A stretch of 64,000 nt of DNA, from the NCBI GenBank assembly GCA_049999805.1, contig JBNGIO010006380.1, positions 260,680-324,679 of the forward strand. The letters are read 5' to 3'. The notes beneath the pieces were generated by a model. The model saw only the letters and a program-made list of their open reading frames with translations, was not told where the DNA came from and did not search any database. Positions 36,314 through 48,492 of this stretch are shown piece by piece; the stretch's first letter is position 1, and each line of letters begins with the position of its first letter. Origin of the DNA: Folioceros fuciformis (lineage: Eukaryota). The position numbers and the translations under genes are program-made.

Positions 36314-37693
36314 ACATGTCTCTTTGAATCCCAGCTTCCATTTATTGCTCGCCATGGCGAGAGCAGGGAGACTTAACCTGGCCCGATTCTGGTGGCCCGG
36401 CCAATCACAGTCACGTGTCCTCATTTCTCAACATAGTGTTGCATGCAATGCTTTTTTTTTTGATATACGTTGTTCGTACATTCCCCTTGTGAGGCTGGAG
36501 GAGATGCTTTCCTTATCACTCCAACTATCCCACATACTCTGCATCCCTTCCTTCCCTTCTCGTACACTCCATGGGATGAAAACTTACACTATTGCAAAAT
36601 CTGTGCAATGCACCCTGCCTCCAGATTCTCAAACCATGGTCGCAGCTGCGGCCGGACAAGAGTGCGCCGCCCAGTTGCCACACCGTCTGCTCCGCCGTGT
36701 CCAGACAGCGTTCCAGGAACTACTTCTTTGTCTGTCTGTGAATGGCCTCAAACATGCACCAACACATTTTGTGGTAGCACGCTAGTTGCCTAGAGCGAGG
36801 CCTCGAGGTGTGTGCTAGACCTTCTTTCAAGATGGGTGGCGGGGCGAGCTGCTCCCGCGCTCCAGAGTCCAGACCCCGCGGCCCGGACCCCACTTCGTCT
36901 GTCCCGACCCCCCATTTAGCACACCCGTTTTTTCTTTGCCTAAAAACCTCGGCCATGCCCTTGCTCCAGCTGCTTCCCTTCCCAGGCTGCCTCCCACAAC
37001 ATGGTTGGCAGACCAGTCCAGGGGTGGGCCTCCCATTGACGCACGCCCCGCAAGGGCTGTCAGCCACGCTGGCTCCGGTACCAGTCTTCAACCACCGAGA
37101 CGGAATCCTGCGCGGCACATTCCCATCCTCCCTTCCAAACTATCAGATTCACAATAGCAGCCTTCGGAGCATATTCATGTGGATGCTTTCGCTCCCAAAA
37201 CTGTTCCTGCCACGTCGGCTATTGCACCGCTGTCCCTCCTTGCCTGTTGGACTACTGGACTCCGCAATGGTCCGGGCTCACTTCCCACAGTCGGGATCTG
37301 GCTCAAAGCAGGGCGGCCTCGGGGGTAGGTGCCCCTTCGTCGTCCTCACCCTTCTTCTCGAGCCCCGGGCCCATACGTCGCGTGCAATAGGGACAACTGC
37401 CCGTCTCTCTGTCGCCCGTCAGATGCAGCCACCAGCTACAATTTACGCAGGAATCCGCGCATGCGGAGAAACGACGGAGCCGTCAGCAGACAAATCCAGC
37501 AACTAGTACCTTTGGCAGGGAATCCTTCAACTACATTGCAAGGGAGGGGTGCACGAGTCCTGGCGATATAATTGCGCAAGTCGTAGCCACCTATCAGGAA
37601 ATAGTCATGACGATGTTCAGGGACTAGAAAGAGCGATCTCAACAAATTTACATTTAACTTTCTGCCTGCACTCTGCGCCACTCACACACGAGT

Positions 37694-40600
37694 TCACGAG
37701 TACTGGCCACGGATATCTGCATCCAGGAACAAATACAGAGCCGTGCTCGCCGCCCACACATCATCGCCCACCACATTCTCAGCGGGCGAATGGCTGATTC
37801 CCCCCACGCACCGAACAAACAGCATGCCAACCTGCGCGGCAGACATACGAGAGGTCTGACTCAGCAAAGATACACGCCGTCAACCGCTGCTCTTTTCCAA
37901 CTGTCACTTCCTTCGCCGTAGAAGAACCGTACCTGAGTCACACTCGCCAAGGCCATTGCATCGTGGCCTGCTCCACTTGACAGCAAAGGTAAGCTCACCT
38001 TCACCGTCTCTCCCTCCAACCAAGTCCTCCTAAACGCAGGAATCTCCTGGAGTGCCAAGCTACCTCCTGCTTGTAAACGCTTCATCAGATCAAGGGAGGA
38101 CTTGATGGACCCTGCCTCGTGCTGCAATTATGCACAAGTATCACCTTGTCAAAACCTTCACTTACAGTCACCCACACTTGCAGTTTAATCACCAACATGA
38201 ATCGAGGTGCAATAAAATTCACCCTCAATTGGGTACTTGAATGGATTCTAGGATACCTTTCGCTCAACTTCACAAGAGACTGCTCGGTCTTTGCAGATTT
38301 CCTGGATAGTACGTTCAATGTCGAACACAGCAACCTCACGAACAATGTCATCTTTGGCACGGATATCAACTGTGAACACGACCTGCCATTCGCAACACCA
38401 GGAAAACAACTTACACAAGTCAGCCACACAACTACTGTTTCTGACAAGCAAACTAGGACTACAGTGATGAACAAAGATACTCAATACTCTTTACCTCTCC
38501 TGGAATGACATTACTCGCCCCAGGCCAGGTTGTAATCTCTCCAACTGTGCAAACGAGCGACCGACTAGTCTGTTCGTCAGGAGAAACATCATCCAACCTG
38601 TCGGCCTTCTCGCAAATCTCTTCAATGGCTACGATTCCTTGCGCAGCTGCAGGCATTGGATCCCTGCGCATTCTCATTGGCACAGTGCCTGCANNNNNNN
38701 NNNNNNNNNNNNNNNNNNNNNNNNNNNNNNNNNNNNNNNNNNNNNNNNNNNNNNNNNNNNNNNNNNNNNNNNNNNNNNNNNNNNNNNNNNNNNCCCCCCC
38801 CCCCACTCAGAAACTAGCCCATACAAGATTGAGGGAAAACTACTATTACAGAGATAAGACCCTTACACTCAATCTAGTTTGGCCCGAAATTGCTTCCACT
38901 ACTCCCAAAGGAAGACCACTTGCCTCAAGGACTGGCCCTTGCTCAATATGTACCTGCTCGACCATCACAATATTAGTTATGCCTTTCTTGGAGGATGGGC
39001 CAAACACTTACATCCAAACCCAATTATCCTGAACGCGTCTCAGTTTCAGTATCACACCTCAATGTATCCCCAGACAGCGTCCGCATCATATTTCAGCCTT
39101 GATATACTGTCTTCTGTACCCGGTAATGCGGCAGAAACCAAAGCCTCTCTAAGCTTTACACCCCTACATCACAGAGTAATGCAATTCATGAAAACCTAAA
39201 GGTAGAGTAGAACTCACCAACAGAAACTGCGTCCAACAGCACCTCTGGGTGCCCGAAACAAATACAAATTGGAGTTGACCATACTGTTTGTCTGTCGCAT
39301 TCAAAAGTTCTGGTTTGAAGGTTCCAGCGATAGCTGCGCTCCCTAGGAAAGTAGATTGAAAGCGGACACCCTCCTCGTCGCTGAATGCGATTATCTGAGA
39401 AACAACGGACATTATGTTAACTGCTAGTCACATCCCGGGGAAGCATGAAAATAATGTTTGGTTTGAGGTGAGCGCTGACTATCAGAAGCTGCTCTGTGAT
39501 GAAACTTGGGAGGAGGAATACGAGAGCAGGAGCTAAAGGGAAGTCCAACCTCAATAGGTCGAGGGTACTTCTGTATTTTCTCGTCTTCAGAAAAAGCTTT
39601 CACAGCAGCTATGGCACATATTATTCCAAGAGCGCCATCGAACCGGCCTGCATCAACAACCGTGTCCTGTGCCAAACCACCGGGTCAGGTGCCTCCTCTC
39701 AGAAAGCAATCATATGATGACAATTTAAGGAGCTACAAAACGCAGCTTACCAGATGGGACCCTAGAAGAAGTGCCGGGGCCGAAGCATTTCCGCCATTTG
39801 TCCGACCATGGACATTCCCGATGGCATCTATCCACCTGCGAAAATGAGGAATCACAGTCTGAAAGGCTTAAATGCACGAAAATAAATGCATAATTTATTC
39901 GACCAGGAAAATCATAACCGACAGGTGCACCGCTCTTACGTTTCGAGACCCGCGTCCCGCATCCATCCTGCAACAAGTTGTGCCGCCCTCCGTGATGCTG
40001 GGCTTAGACAAGTTCGCTCTAAAAAATTCGGGGAGTCGCTCACCTACAATGACGGATACAACGCAGAACAGTGTCAGCACACGGACCATTCAATCGAATT
40101 CAGCGCAAACCCGCTCGATCTCGATTCTGTTCACTCACAGCTCCAAGTTCAGACAGTCGTCGAAGTGCTTCATCCCTCAATAATGTGTCTCGATCGCCCC
40201 TGCGATCTTCACGTTGCATGCTCCACCCTGACCGCAAACCACGACGGACACAATTCAGTCGTTTCACACATTCCCATGGAGATAAGTAGACATATTGATC
40301 TCTCTGCAGTCGCTGAGGACTTGTATCACTCAATTCCGAGCACGAATAACCACAACAACCACCAATTCACGTAGCGACCATCACACACACAATCAAGCTA
40401 CTGACAGCTCGGGATAAAAGAGAACACATCCACGGCACTCATGTCTCCTTCCAACCACGACGAAACAAGATTTGTTAAGCACGCTCGCAATCAGCTCAGA
40501 ATCCATAAGACCGCATCCAACACGAAATCCACAGCCGCTTCACACAGCAACAATCATAAAAAAACAAAAAACAACCCTAGATTAATTCCTTCGCGCACAC

Positions 40601-40942
40601 CGATACAAAAATCTTGTCTCCTCTTAGCAACACCTTGTCGGAGCTCCCGCTGTAACCGCAAGACTCACTACACAGCAAGACGCAAACTCCGCAAAAACTC
40701 TACCGCACCCGAACACTCACAGCTGAGCTGCACTCCAACCTGAGCAATACTGCTGCGTTGCACCGAGATGCGCATGCAGAAGAGCCAAGAGAAGAACGCG
40801 GAGAAGAACTGTCTGAGGCGCAGCAGGCCGTGAGCAGCAGGACGCAAACTTGCGCCGCGACTCCATGGACGCAGGTGACGCGAGAAGGCATGCCGGGAGG
40901 CTGAAACAAAGAAGGAGAGGGGATTGTGGCACCGGCAAGCAT
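37694..40942 (-). CDS. AAH: Allantoate amidohydrolase/deiminase (peptidase M20 family), multi-exon, spans an N gap
   Basis: GSHLDTVVDAGRFDGALGI, IIAFSDEEGVRFQSTFLGSAA, VHIEQGPVLE, AGTVPM..R.DP, PGASNVIPGE, LSSGAGHDAMA, GMLFVRC.GGISHSPAE. Hydrophobic N-terminal signal. Start is ATG 40942 or 40891. Confidence 0.92.
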
Positions 40943-41383
40943 GGCAGGGGGATGGACGCGGAGACGCGAAGACGAGAGCGGCGAGTGCTGGAGCAACGAG
41001 AACCGGTGGCTTCGTTTGTATGAATGTATGTTGAGCAGTAAACTATAATATACTCGCGGTCTTGCACGCTCGGCGTGCGTCCAGTCTTCCGGACACTATG
41101 TTGTCGGAAAGCGTGCGATACTCACCGGCCGGACATTCCAGACGGTTTTTTGCTCGGCTGCGCGCACTTACACCATGTGCATACATACATACAGACATAC
41201 ATCAACAGTCGATAAGTTCTTAATGTGTTTTAGGCTATTTATCTACATGCTGCGAGTGCCGGATTGTGCGCTTCTCGAGTTACGATTAGCATGTGTTTCC
41301 AGATCCGAGGAAGGTGAGACGTCTCAGCGGCTGCATGGACTGTGCGTTTGGAGGATCAAGATGAGCGGGATAGGTCGGGCAGA

Positions 41384-42031
41384 ATGTCAGATGACAGGAT
41401 TGGACACGGGAAGCAGGAGATTCAGGTGTTGAGCTTGAAGAATGATGCAGGGAGGTTGAACCTGGAGGAGGCCCAGACTGTGATACAGGACATTGGCCAA
41501 CTGGAGCGACGTATCTTCCCCAAGCACGAGTCTCTCTCTTCTAGCCTGCTGCAAGAAGTGCAGCGTAGAAATTGCTGCGTGCTTTATGCTGTTTGCGACA
41601 GTGACTGCTTGCCAAAGCAGCAGCAAGGAATTGTTGCTGGGTATGTTATGTACTCGTGCGCTGCATTAGTGGCATCCATCACCAAGCTAGCAGGTTTGCA
41701 GCTTTTCAGGCTGCGTTGGGTGGGTTTGCGTTTGCGTGTGCGTATGGAGTGTGCAGTGGCTGAGGAAGGGTGGTTTTGTCTTGTCTCAGTGAAGGAAAAC
41801 TGTCGGAAACGGGGGTGTGGAGAAGCACTGCTACGAGCCGCGTTACAGCGGATTCGTGGCAGGAGGATTGGATTCGTGAATCTTCATGTGGATACCTCTC
41901 GGGAACCGGCGTTGGGTCTGTACAGGAAGCTGGGATTCACCGTTGACGCGCTTGTGAAATCCTACTACGCTCCGGGCCGAGATGCGTACCGGATGGTGCT
42001 AACCCTGGAAGACGGTTCTACTTCCGCTTGA
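41384..42031 (+). CDS. GNAT N-acetyltransferase, RimI-like (2 exons, 183 aa)
   Basis: Exons 41384-41693 and 41790-42031. ITKLAVKENCRKRGCGEALL (motif A), LHVD..RE.ALGLYRKLGF.......YY..GRDAYRM. Confidence 0.88.
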   Translation: MSDDRIGHGKQEIQVLSLKNDAGRLNLEEAQTVIQDIGQLERRIFPKHESLSSSLLQEVQRRNCCVLYAVCDSDCLPKQQQGIVAGYVMYSCAALVASITKLAGLQLFRLRWVGLRLRVRMECAVAEEGWFCLVSVKENCRKRGCGEALLRAALQRIRGRRIGFVNLHVDTSREPALGLYRKLGFTVDALVKSYYAPGRDAYRMVLTLEDGSTSA

Positions 42032-42121
42032 CTTGGCATGACAGCAAGGAGCCTTGGTAGGCTCACTGTCCTCTGGAGCACAGGCAGGGAGTGAGGTGGC
42101 TGGCAGGAGTAGGGAATCAGG

Positions 42122-43901
42122 ATGTGTCCCCCTTGTCTGCGGGTGGACTTGGTGTCTGGGTTTTGCAAGCTTTCTGTAGGAGTTAGGGTGGGGATTCAGA
42201 GGGCCCTGGGACTGAGGACAAGGCCTTGTGGAGCGGTCAGGGTTCGCCGGAGGCTGTGTGTTGGTGCCATGGCGGATGGTAAGGAGCACGGAACCCTATT
42301 TGGATATCGCATTGTGCTGGTGAGTCCACAGGAGGCTGGGAACGTTGGATCCGTGTGCAGACTTGCTGCCAATTTTGGTGAGGACCTGTGTCAGCCGACT
42401 TCTGTCTTTGCCGATTGATTCATTTCTTTGGACCTACTCTGTATTGAGTTTGTTGGATGGGACTGCTCCGATGCAGCTGCACAGTTTCTTTTGATTGGGT
42501 GTTGATGTTTTAGTGCCGTTTTGTGGAGCTTCTCCCATATGCCCCAGAGTGCAGGGATGTTTGGCTGGTACGCCATTCTACAGTATGAACGTATGTGTAG
42601 TCTTTCCGTGGCAGAGGTCGTGTGTACCTCGGCCAGCTGAGAGGATGAGTGCTACTTGCAGGTTGATCCGCAGTGCGATTACAACGGGCCAGTGGCACAT
42701 GCCATGGCTGCTAACGCTGTGTCCAGGCAATTGATGGAAAATGTTCAGGTCTCTGCGACTTTAGCAGACGCGCTGGACGATTGCAACAAGGTCTTTGCCT
42801 TTCCTCTTGGTGCTGGCCGTGCCATACATAGTCTTGCAAGTTCAGATTTTGGTGAAGCGGATCATGCGTGCCGCTGACCAGCTTCTTGGCTACTTGTTCC
42901 AGGCTATAGCTTTCACCAGGCGAAAGGGAGCGTTGCGCATTCCAAACATGTCTCTTTCAGAGGTGCCCTTGCCACTTCCCAGTTGCACTGTCGCAGTAAG
43001 TAGTGCACGGACCTTTTCCATTGCTATGTCAACAATGTGTGCCGTTACATCCATTTTCTGGTGCATTCTGTAAGTGCACAAAAATTGCATAGTCCTCTAG
43101 TATGGATATGGTTGGCAGCTCGTGTTTGGCAGGGAGGATACCGGTCTCACCACAAGTGAAGTGCACCAGTGCACTCAAATCTGCTCTATCCCCTCGGGGA
43201 AATGGGAAGGATCCCTGAGTAAGTTGATCATGCATTAAGATCTCTAGCAGGTCCGAACACAGACAATTTGGTTGTTTGCTGCTAGCCTTGAGTTCTTCAG
43301 CATGTTGAAATTATGTTTACGCATGACGCTCCGTTCTAAGACCTGACCAGAGTAAACGTCATCCTTGGCTTTTTAGACCTAAGTCATGCGGTGGCTGTGG
43401 TTCTATCACGACTCTACGAAAATGCTGCTGAGACGGAGGCTCCCTCAAGACCGTTGGACTTGCCAACCTTTAGATGGGCTTTCAAGACAGCTCCAGGTCT
43501 CTGTTACGGCACTCGCTGTGGTGTAGTATCACAGAACGACAACTGTCCCTAGGCCGCTGTTTTCTGCTTTGCTACCTGTGTCTATTCTGTCAGCTTGCTC
43601 ATTGCCGGACATGGGTTGTTGGTTGGTAGCAGGTTCTGCGTCCATTGGGGAGATTGAGAATCTTCTGTCGAGGTGGATCACGATTACTCCTATGATGAGT
43701 AGAGCGGCATTTTGTGCAGGAAAAGCCGAGTTCAAGGATCCCGAAAGGTTCATTGGTCACGTGAGAAAAATCTTGCAGAGAGGAGCTCCTTCGTCACGGG
43801 AAGTCGCTTATCTGCAAGGATTCCTCACTTTGGCTGGAAATGTTGCGTCAGCTCTTTTAGAGAGGACAGAAGCGAAAGCAGATGCAAGAGAAGGGCATTA
43901 G
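42122..43901 (+). CDS. SPOUT tRNA 2'-O-methyltransferase, TrmJ/TrmH-group-like, with probable organellar transit peptide (7 exons)
   Basis: Exons 42122-42377, 42548-42567, 42662-42790, 42903-42995, 43119-43218, 43377-43496, 43632-43901. Motifs RIVLVSPQEAGNVGSVCRLAANF, LVFGREDTGL...E, IP....GSLNLSHAVAVVL, and a TrmJ-like C-terminal helix REVAYLQG. Confidence 0.85.
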
Positions 43902-43982
43902 ATTCCGGTTGTGCTCTCTGACCAGTGTACCACAAAGTAGTGCAAGTCCAGCTGCCCACGAGCAGCAACGCATTCTTATCAG

Positions 43983-45131
43983 CTAATTGCCCTTCCAAGA
44001 AGGCGTGAGAAACTGCTGGAAGGCGGTCCACACTGAAATGTCCCAGGTCTCATCATGCAATGCTATTAGGCCTTGGTCATTCACAGTATATCGAGTAGTC
44101 CCTGCACGGACGACACGAGAAGGTACGCATGAGTCCTGCATTTAAAAAACCCGCCTGCACAGCAAAGCCAAAGTCATTGACGCCCTCATCCAACCTTCAT
44201 AAGGAGAGATGTACGGTCGCCATGGGAACTTCAGGTATCTGTGCACACAAAGCATGAGTTGACACGACTGAGCAATCTTCAAGACTGGACTTCCTAGTAT
44301 ATGAAAATATTACCCTCTGAGCCTCCATCTGGCGTCGATCGTGCGGGGACTACTGACTTCGATAGCGAGCAGTTCATGCAGAGACTCGCTAGGATCAAAC
44401 AGGAACTGAATGGCCGCCACATATTTATCCACCCCTGTGACTACCGTGGTAGGATCTGTGAATCTGTAGCATCCAACCACCGCCTTTTACAATTGAGCAT
44501 CCATCCACAACCTACTTTCCATCTTGGCTCGCGAAACCTAGTTGGGACGAAACCCTTCGTCACCTGCAATTCTCGTCGTAGATGCTTCGAGACAGATTCC
44601 CCGTGACATAGTACTGGCCCTCGATTATGTCACTGACAATCCGGTCCTGCGAGAGTCACACTGGGTGAGGAATAAACTTGCACCACACTTGTGAGAAAGG
44701 CCTCGTGTTGCCGTCGAGAGCGAGATGACTCCACCTTCACTTGTTCGATGGACAGCTTGTCCTCACTTGCCAATGCCAACCCCGTACCCCACCCAGCGCC
44801 AACAACAAATGCCGCTGGCAGAATCGCTAATTTCAAAAGAGCCGTCCGTCTCCCCAGCTGATCGTTGCCTTCACCTACATAGCGCTGGCATCAGCAGGAG
44901 TCTAAGAAGGGGGCCAAAGACGGATCTCAAACACGAAAGAACTGCATGTTCGAGCTGCACTTCACTTGCAAGTGCACCAACCATAGAGACAGATTTGGAA
45001 GTGATAACTGGTGCTTGACGTTTCCAGCACTTGATCCCCACGCTGTTGGGCATTGCAGCCCTCAAGGCTGCAGTTTCAGAGGCCACTGGCCATGGCGGCG
45101 AGGCCGCAAGAATAGGAGGACCCATCGACAT
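43983..45131 (-). CDS. DUF2358/SnoaL-like protein with a twin-arginine thylakoid signal (6 exons)
   Basis: Splices to transit peptide + GRRTALLKLAILPAAFVVGAGWGTGLALA + ...QYYVTGNLSRSIYDENCRFTDPT..V.GVDKY...WRLRGYLKFPWRPYISPYEGTTRY.....GLI..HDETW. Confidence 0.8.
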
Positions 45132-45624
45132 GACCAGCGGGGCAGAACTAGTCACACATCAACCACGACGGTTTTAAATCACCCTTGTCATCCCGGTTAA
45201 CAGGGGAAGAATCTTCACGGGACAACAAGTTGTTTCTTTAACCAATTTGGCGGGAGGTAGAAACAACAAATGACGGGTAGGTGTCCAGGATGACAGAATA
45301 CTGTAGAACTGCATGAATAACTGCAGTCATGGACGTTATAACGGTTTCTGCGCGCACCGAGATACATAGGGGTTCCAAGTTCCCAAGTCGCCGTGGAGTT
45401 TCATTTCACCATGCTTTGGGATGAACGAGTGTGAAGCAACATTCCGAGCACAGCAGGATGTTGTAGACCAGACATCTGGATAAGGAGGAGGAGGAGCTTG
45501 CAGAAGCCGTGAGCACACTGCTTGACCTATTCCAGTAGGACAAAAATTGTACAAAATACAATGAAGCTGTGATCATTGGCTGTATGATCCAACAACGCTC
45601 GCTACCGGATGTGCCAGTCGTGCT

Positions 45625-47857
45625 TCACGTCTTGACACTTTGCTCCTCGTCTTCCAAGATTCTTTTCAGGTATTCGTAAGTCATGAATGAGAGGCCCGCG
45701 GCAGGCATCAGCTTCAGACAACTGGGGCCTAGCCCTCGGTACAGCCCCTGCAATCCCTGTTCTTGAAAAATGCACGACAAAGCATGCAAAGTGCCCCTGT
45801 AAACAACCCGCCCTTTGAGAGCACCAACCTGCATCTGCTTCCGAGCCACCTCTAGAGGGAAAGTGAGAGTGCTTGCAAACGCTCCAGCAGCAGAACCTAT
45901 CAACAAGGTCTCCAGATTCCCCACATGCTCTGTTTTGAAGACCTGCTTGTAAACGCTACGCAGTGTATCATACGCAAAGTAATTCGCTCCAGCATACGGA
46001 ATTATTCCAATCACACTGGGAACAAGGCCTCGATAGAGCTCGAATGGGCCCTCTTCTGAGACTATTCTCCACAGGGCATGGACAACTCCTCGATATTCGT
46101 CGGGCTGCCAGTGACACAGGAGTCCTTAACAGGAGGAACGGGGCTTCCTTGCGACAACATATCTGAAAGCACTGCGTGATTTAGAAGGACTGGAATCTTT
46201 ACCTGCACCGTCAATCGTGTCTTCAGAAGCTCTAGTGGGTACATGCATACCGTTGCTGCAATTCCAGCTGTTGAGCCTGCGACAGAGGAGATTGGTAGAG
46301 GAATCTTGAACTGCTTGCCGTCCTTTGGGGCAAGAGCTTTTTTCACAGACTCGTAAGCGAAAAGCTGCGCACATAACCCTTTCAGCTTAGCAAACCAACT
46401 GATGCTAGACACACCACAAGACAAGATGCACATACCCAAGAGGCTTCAGTCATCGATCGTGCATGCGTGCTAACATGAACACACAAGCACAGTAAAGGGG
46501 AAAATAAAATGCGCAGCACAAGCCACGACCTGTGTGATCATGTGAGAGCACACGAGAGCCCCATGAGACACTTGCTATGGACCATGGACCTCACCTCAAT
46601 GGCCTTGCTAGGAGCCACGCGGATGACATTGATTGCATTGCCTCGGAACAGTCCTGTCCAGCCTTCATGGGCCATGATCCATTGGAAAACCTCCTTCACA
46701 GACCTACCATGGCTTCCCACCATCAAATGTGTCCTGATTGTCTCTAATGGTGCAACTGCTGTGCGAGACACAGCTCCCGCAATGGCCCCACTCAACAACC
46801 TCTTACCAGACCGTCCTAGTTTCAACTTAAACGTGGCCCTCCCCATTTGTGACGCAACCACAGGTTCTGCTTTCTCCTCGTCCGCGACATGGAGTTGGCC
46901 TTGAACTTCTTGGGCTTTAGCCACGCGTACTAATCCAGCCAACTGTGGACTGAGATCTCCCCCCTCCACAACATCCACAGTGCGAGCTAAAGCATTCTGC
47001 CGAAGGTTTGGCTTCGACCCCTCTGCTCCCACTCCCGAATTACTAACCAACTCGTCTAGTCGCACCGTCTGGCGCCCAGACTCAATAACGAGTTCCGGAC
47101 CTTCGAAGCTCTGAACACGCGAATTGAAGCTGAACAGCTGGGTGTCCGACGAAATCGCTAGGCGAGAAGAATCGGCCCTGGCAAGACGTCTACCCGCCAC
47201 AGTAGGGCCCACAGGCTGCTGCTTCCATTCCTTCTCAGCGACCACGACAAAAGGTTCTGAATCCTTGCGTTGCAAAACCAATCTAAGCCTAGAGAACAGT
47301 GAGACAGGAGAGAAATCGGATGCATCGGATTCGTACTTGGAGTCAGGGGGATACGGGGGGTACTCAACATGGGTGCCGGGAAAGAGCTGATCCACGGCAT
47401 CCAAAACCTCATCTTCGCAAATACAATCTCGCAAAAGGCCCTTCTTCCGCTGCCGCTGCCTTTCCGAGAACGTGACGGTGCTCTTCGTCCGGTGCTTGAT
47501 GCACGGAGACACAGCATTTAGCGAACCCAAGGGCGGCGCGTCAGCATCCACAAGAAGTCCTGCACGGCGCAGACGCTGCCTCTGGGAAAAGGAATCCTTC
47601 TCCTTCCTCTCCCAGTGGCTGCGGAAGATTGGAATCTGGCCGTGACATTCCCTCCCCGCCTCCGGCTCGCCGCCGCCCGGTTTCCCAAACCTGGCAGCCC
47701 GCAAATCGCCCCTCCTAACTCCACCGGGGTGGTGCCTAGACCTAGCATGCTCCTGCTGGTGCCGGTACCAAGTCTGGTCCTGGTGCCGCACGCGGAACGC
47801 GGCGTGTCTGCTGTAACTCGTGCTGCTTCCGGAAGTGCTTTCCTCCAAAGCAGCCAT
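45625..47857 (-). CDS. Mitochondrial-carrier-family adenine nucleotide transporter, BRITTLE1-like, with a long N-terminal extension
   Basis: RLLSGAIAGAVSRTAVAPLETIRTHLMVGS, GLFRGN.INVIRVAPSKAIELFAY, YPLELLKTRLT, TFPLEVARKQMQVGA, YRGLGPSCLKLMPAAG. Confidence 0.9.
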
Positions 47858-48423
47858 ACCCAAGTTCTCGATACCCGCACTGCTCCTACCCTACCACCAG
47901 CCACGGCACACAATCATTTCCAGCTCCAGCCATACCCACCCCGAAAGTCATGCCGCGCAGTAGCCAGCCGCGAGTGCACGTTCCCCGGCATCATAGCAAC
48001 CCAAAATCCAACACCCAAGCCCCAGCCCGCTGGAGGTGTGGCAGCTCACAAAATCTGCCCCACCATGTATCATCGTCATCGCCAGCACACTACACCACAT
48101 TCAAGACATAGGAGCAAATCCCTGCCCATCCTACCGCCATCCATCCACTCCTCGCCTATCCCCAGCTGACAGACAGGGAGGAGAAACCAGACATGTACAG
48201 GCAGGGGTAGGACACGGGCGTGCTGAAAAACTCCAAGGAGGAGCAGCCACCGCGCAGGTGAGAGATCCAGTGTTGGAGACCGCACGCGTGTCAGGGCTCA
48301 GGGAGGCTCAGCACAAAAAATCACTCAATCGCTAGCCAAACTACAACCCACCCATGACTCTCACGGTACCCAAGCCAGGAACTGGAGAGCCCCACTGGGC
48401 GCATGCCATTGCAAGCCCCTGGC

Positions 48424-48492
48424 TGGTCCTGTCCTGGTCCTGGTCCTGGTCCAGGTCCTGGTCCCGGCCCTGGTCCTGGACTCCTGGTCCAG
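48424..48492. repeat. (TGGTCC)n hexamer microsatellite
   Basis: About 10 imperfect copies upstream of the BT1-like gene. Confidence 0.85.

Noticed and set aside
36808..37506. 232-aa ORF between SPX-MFS and AAH
   Set aside because: Non-ATG start in the track, no recognisable domain, and composition expected from GC-rich intergenic DNA.
38694..38793. Run of 100 N (another at 50249-50348)
   Set aside because: Assembly gaps of fixed placeholder length. Apparent frame continuity across them is not informative.
22255..40942. Metallothioneins, Nudix, SPX-MFS and AAH as a nutrient-homeostasis gene cluster
   Set aside because: The pathways are unrelated and no shared regulatory signature is visible. 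Adjacency is expected in a gene-dense genome.
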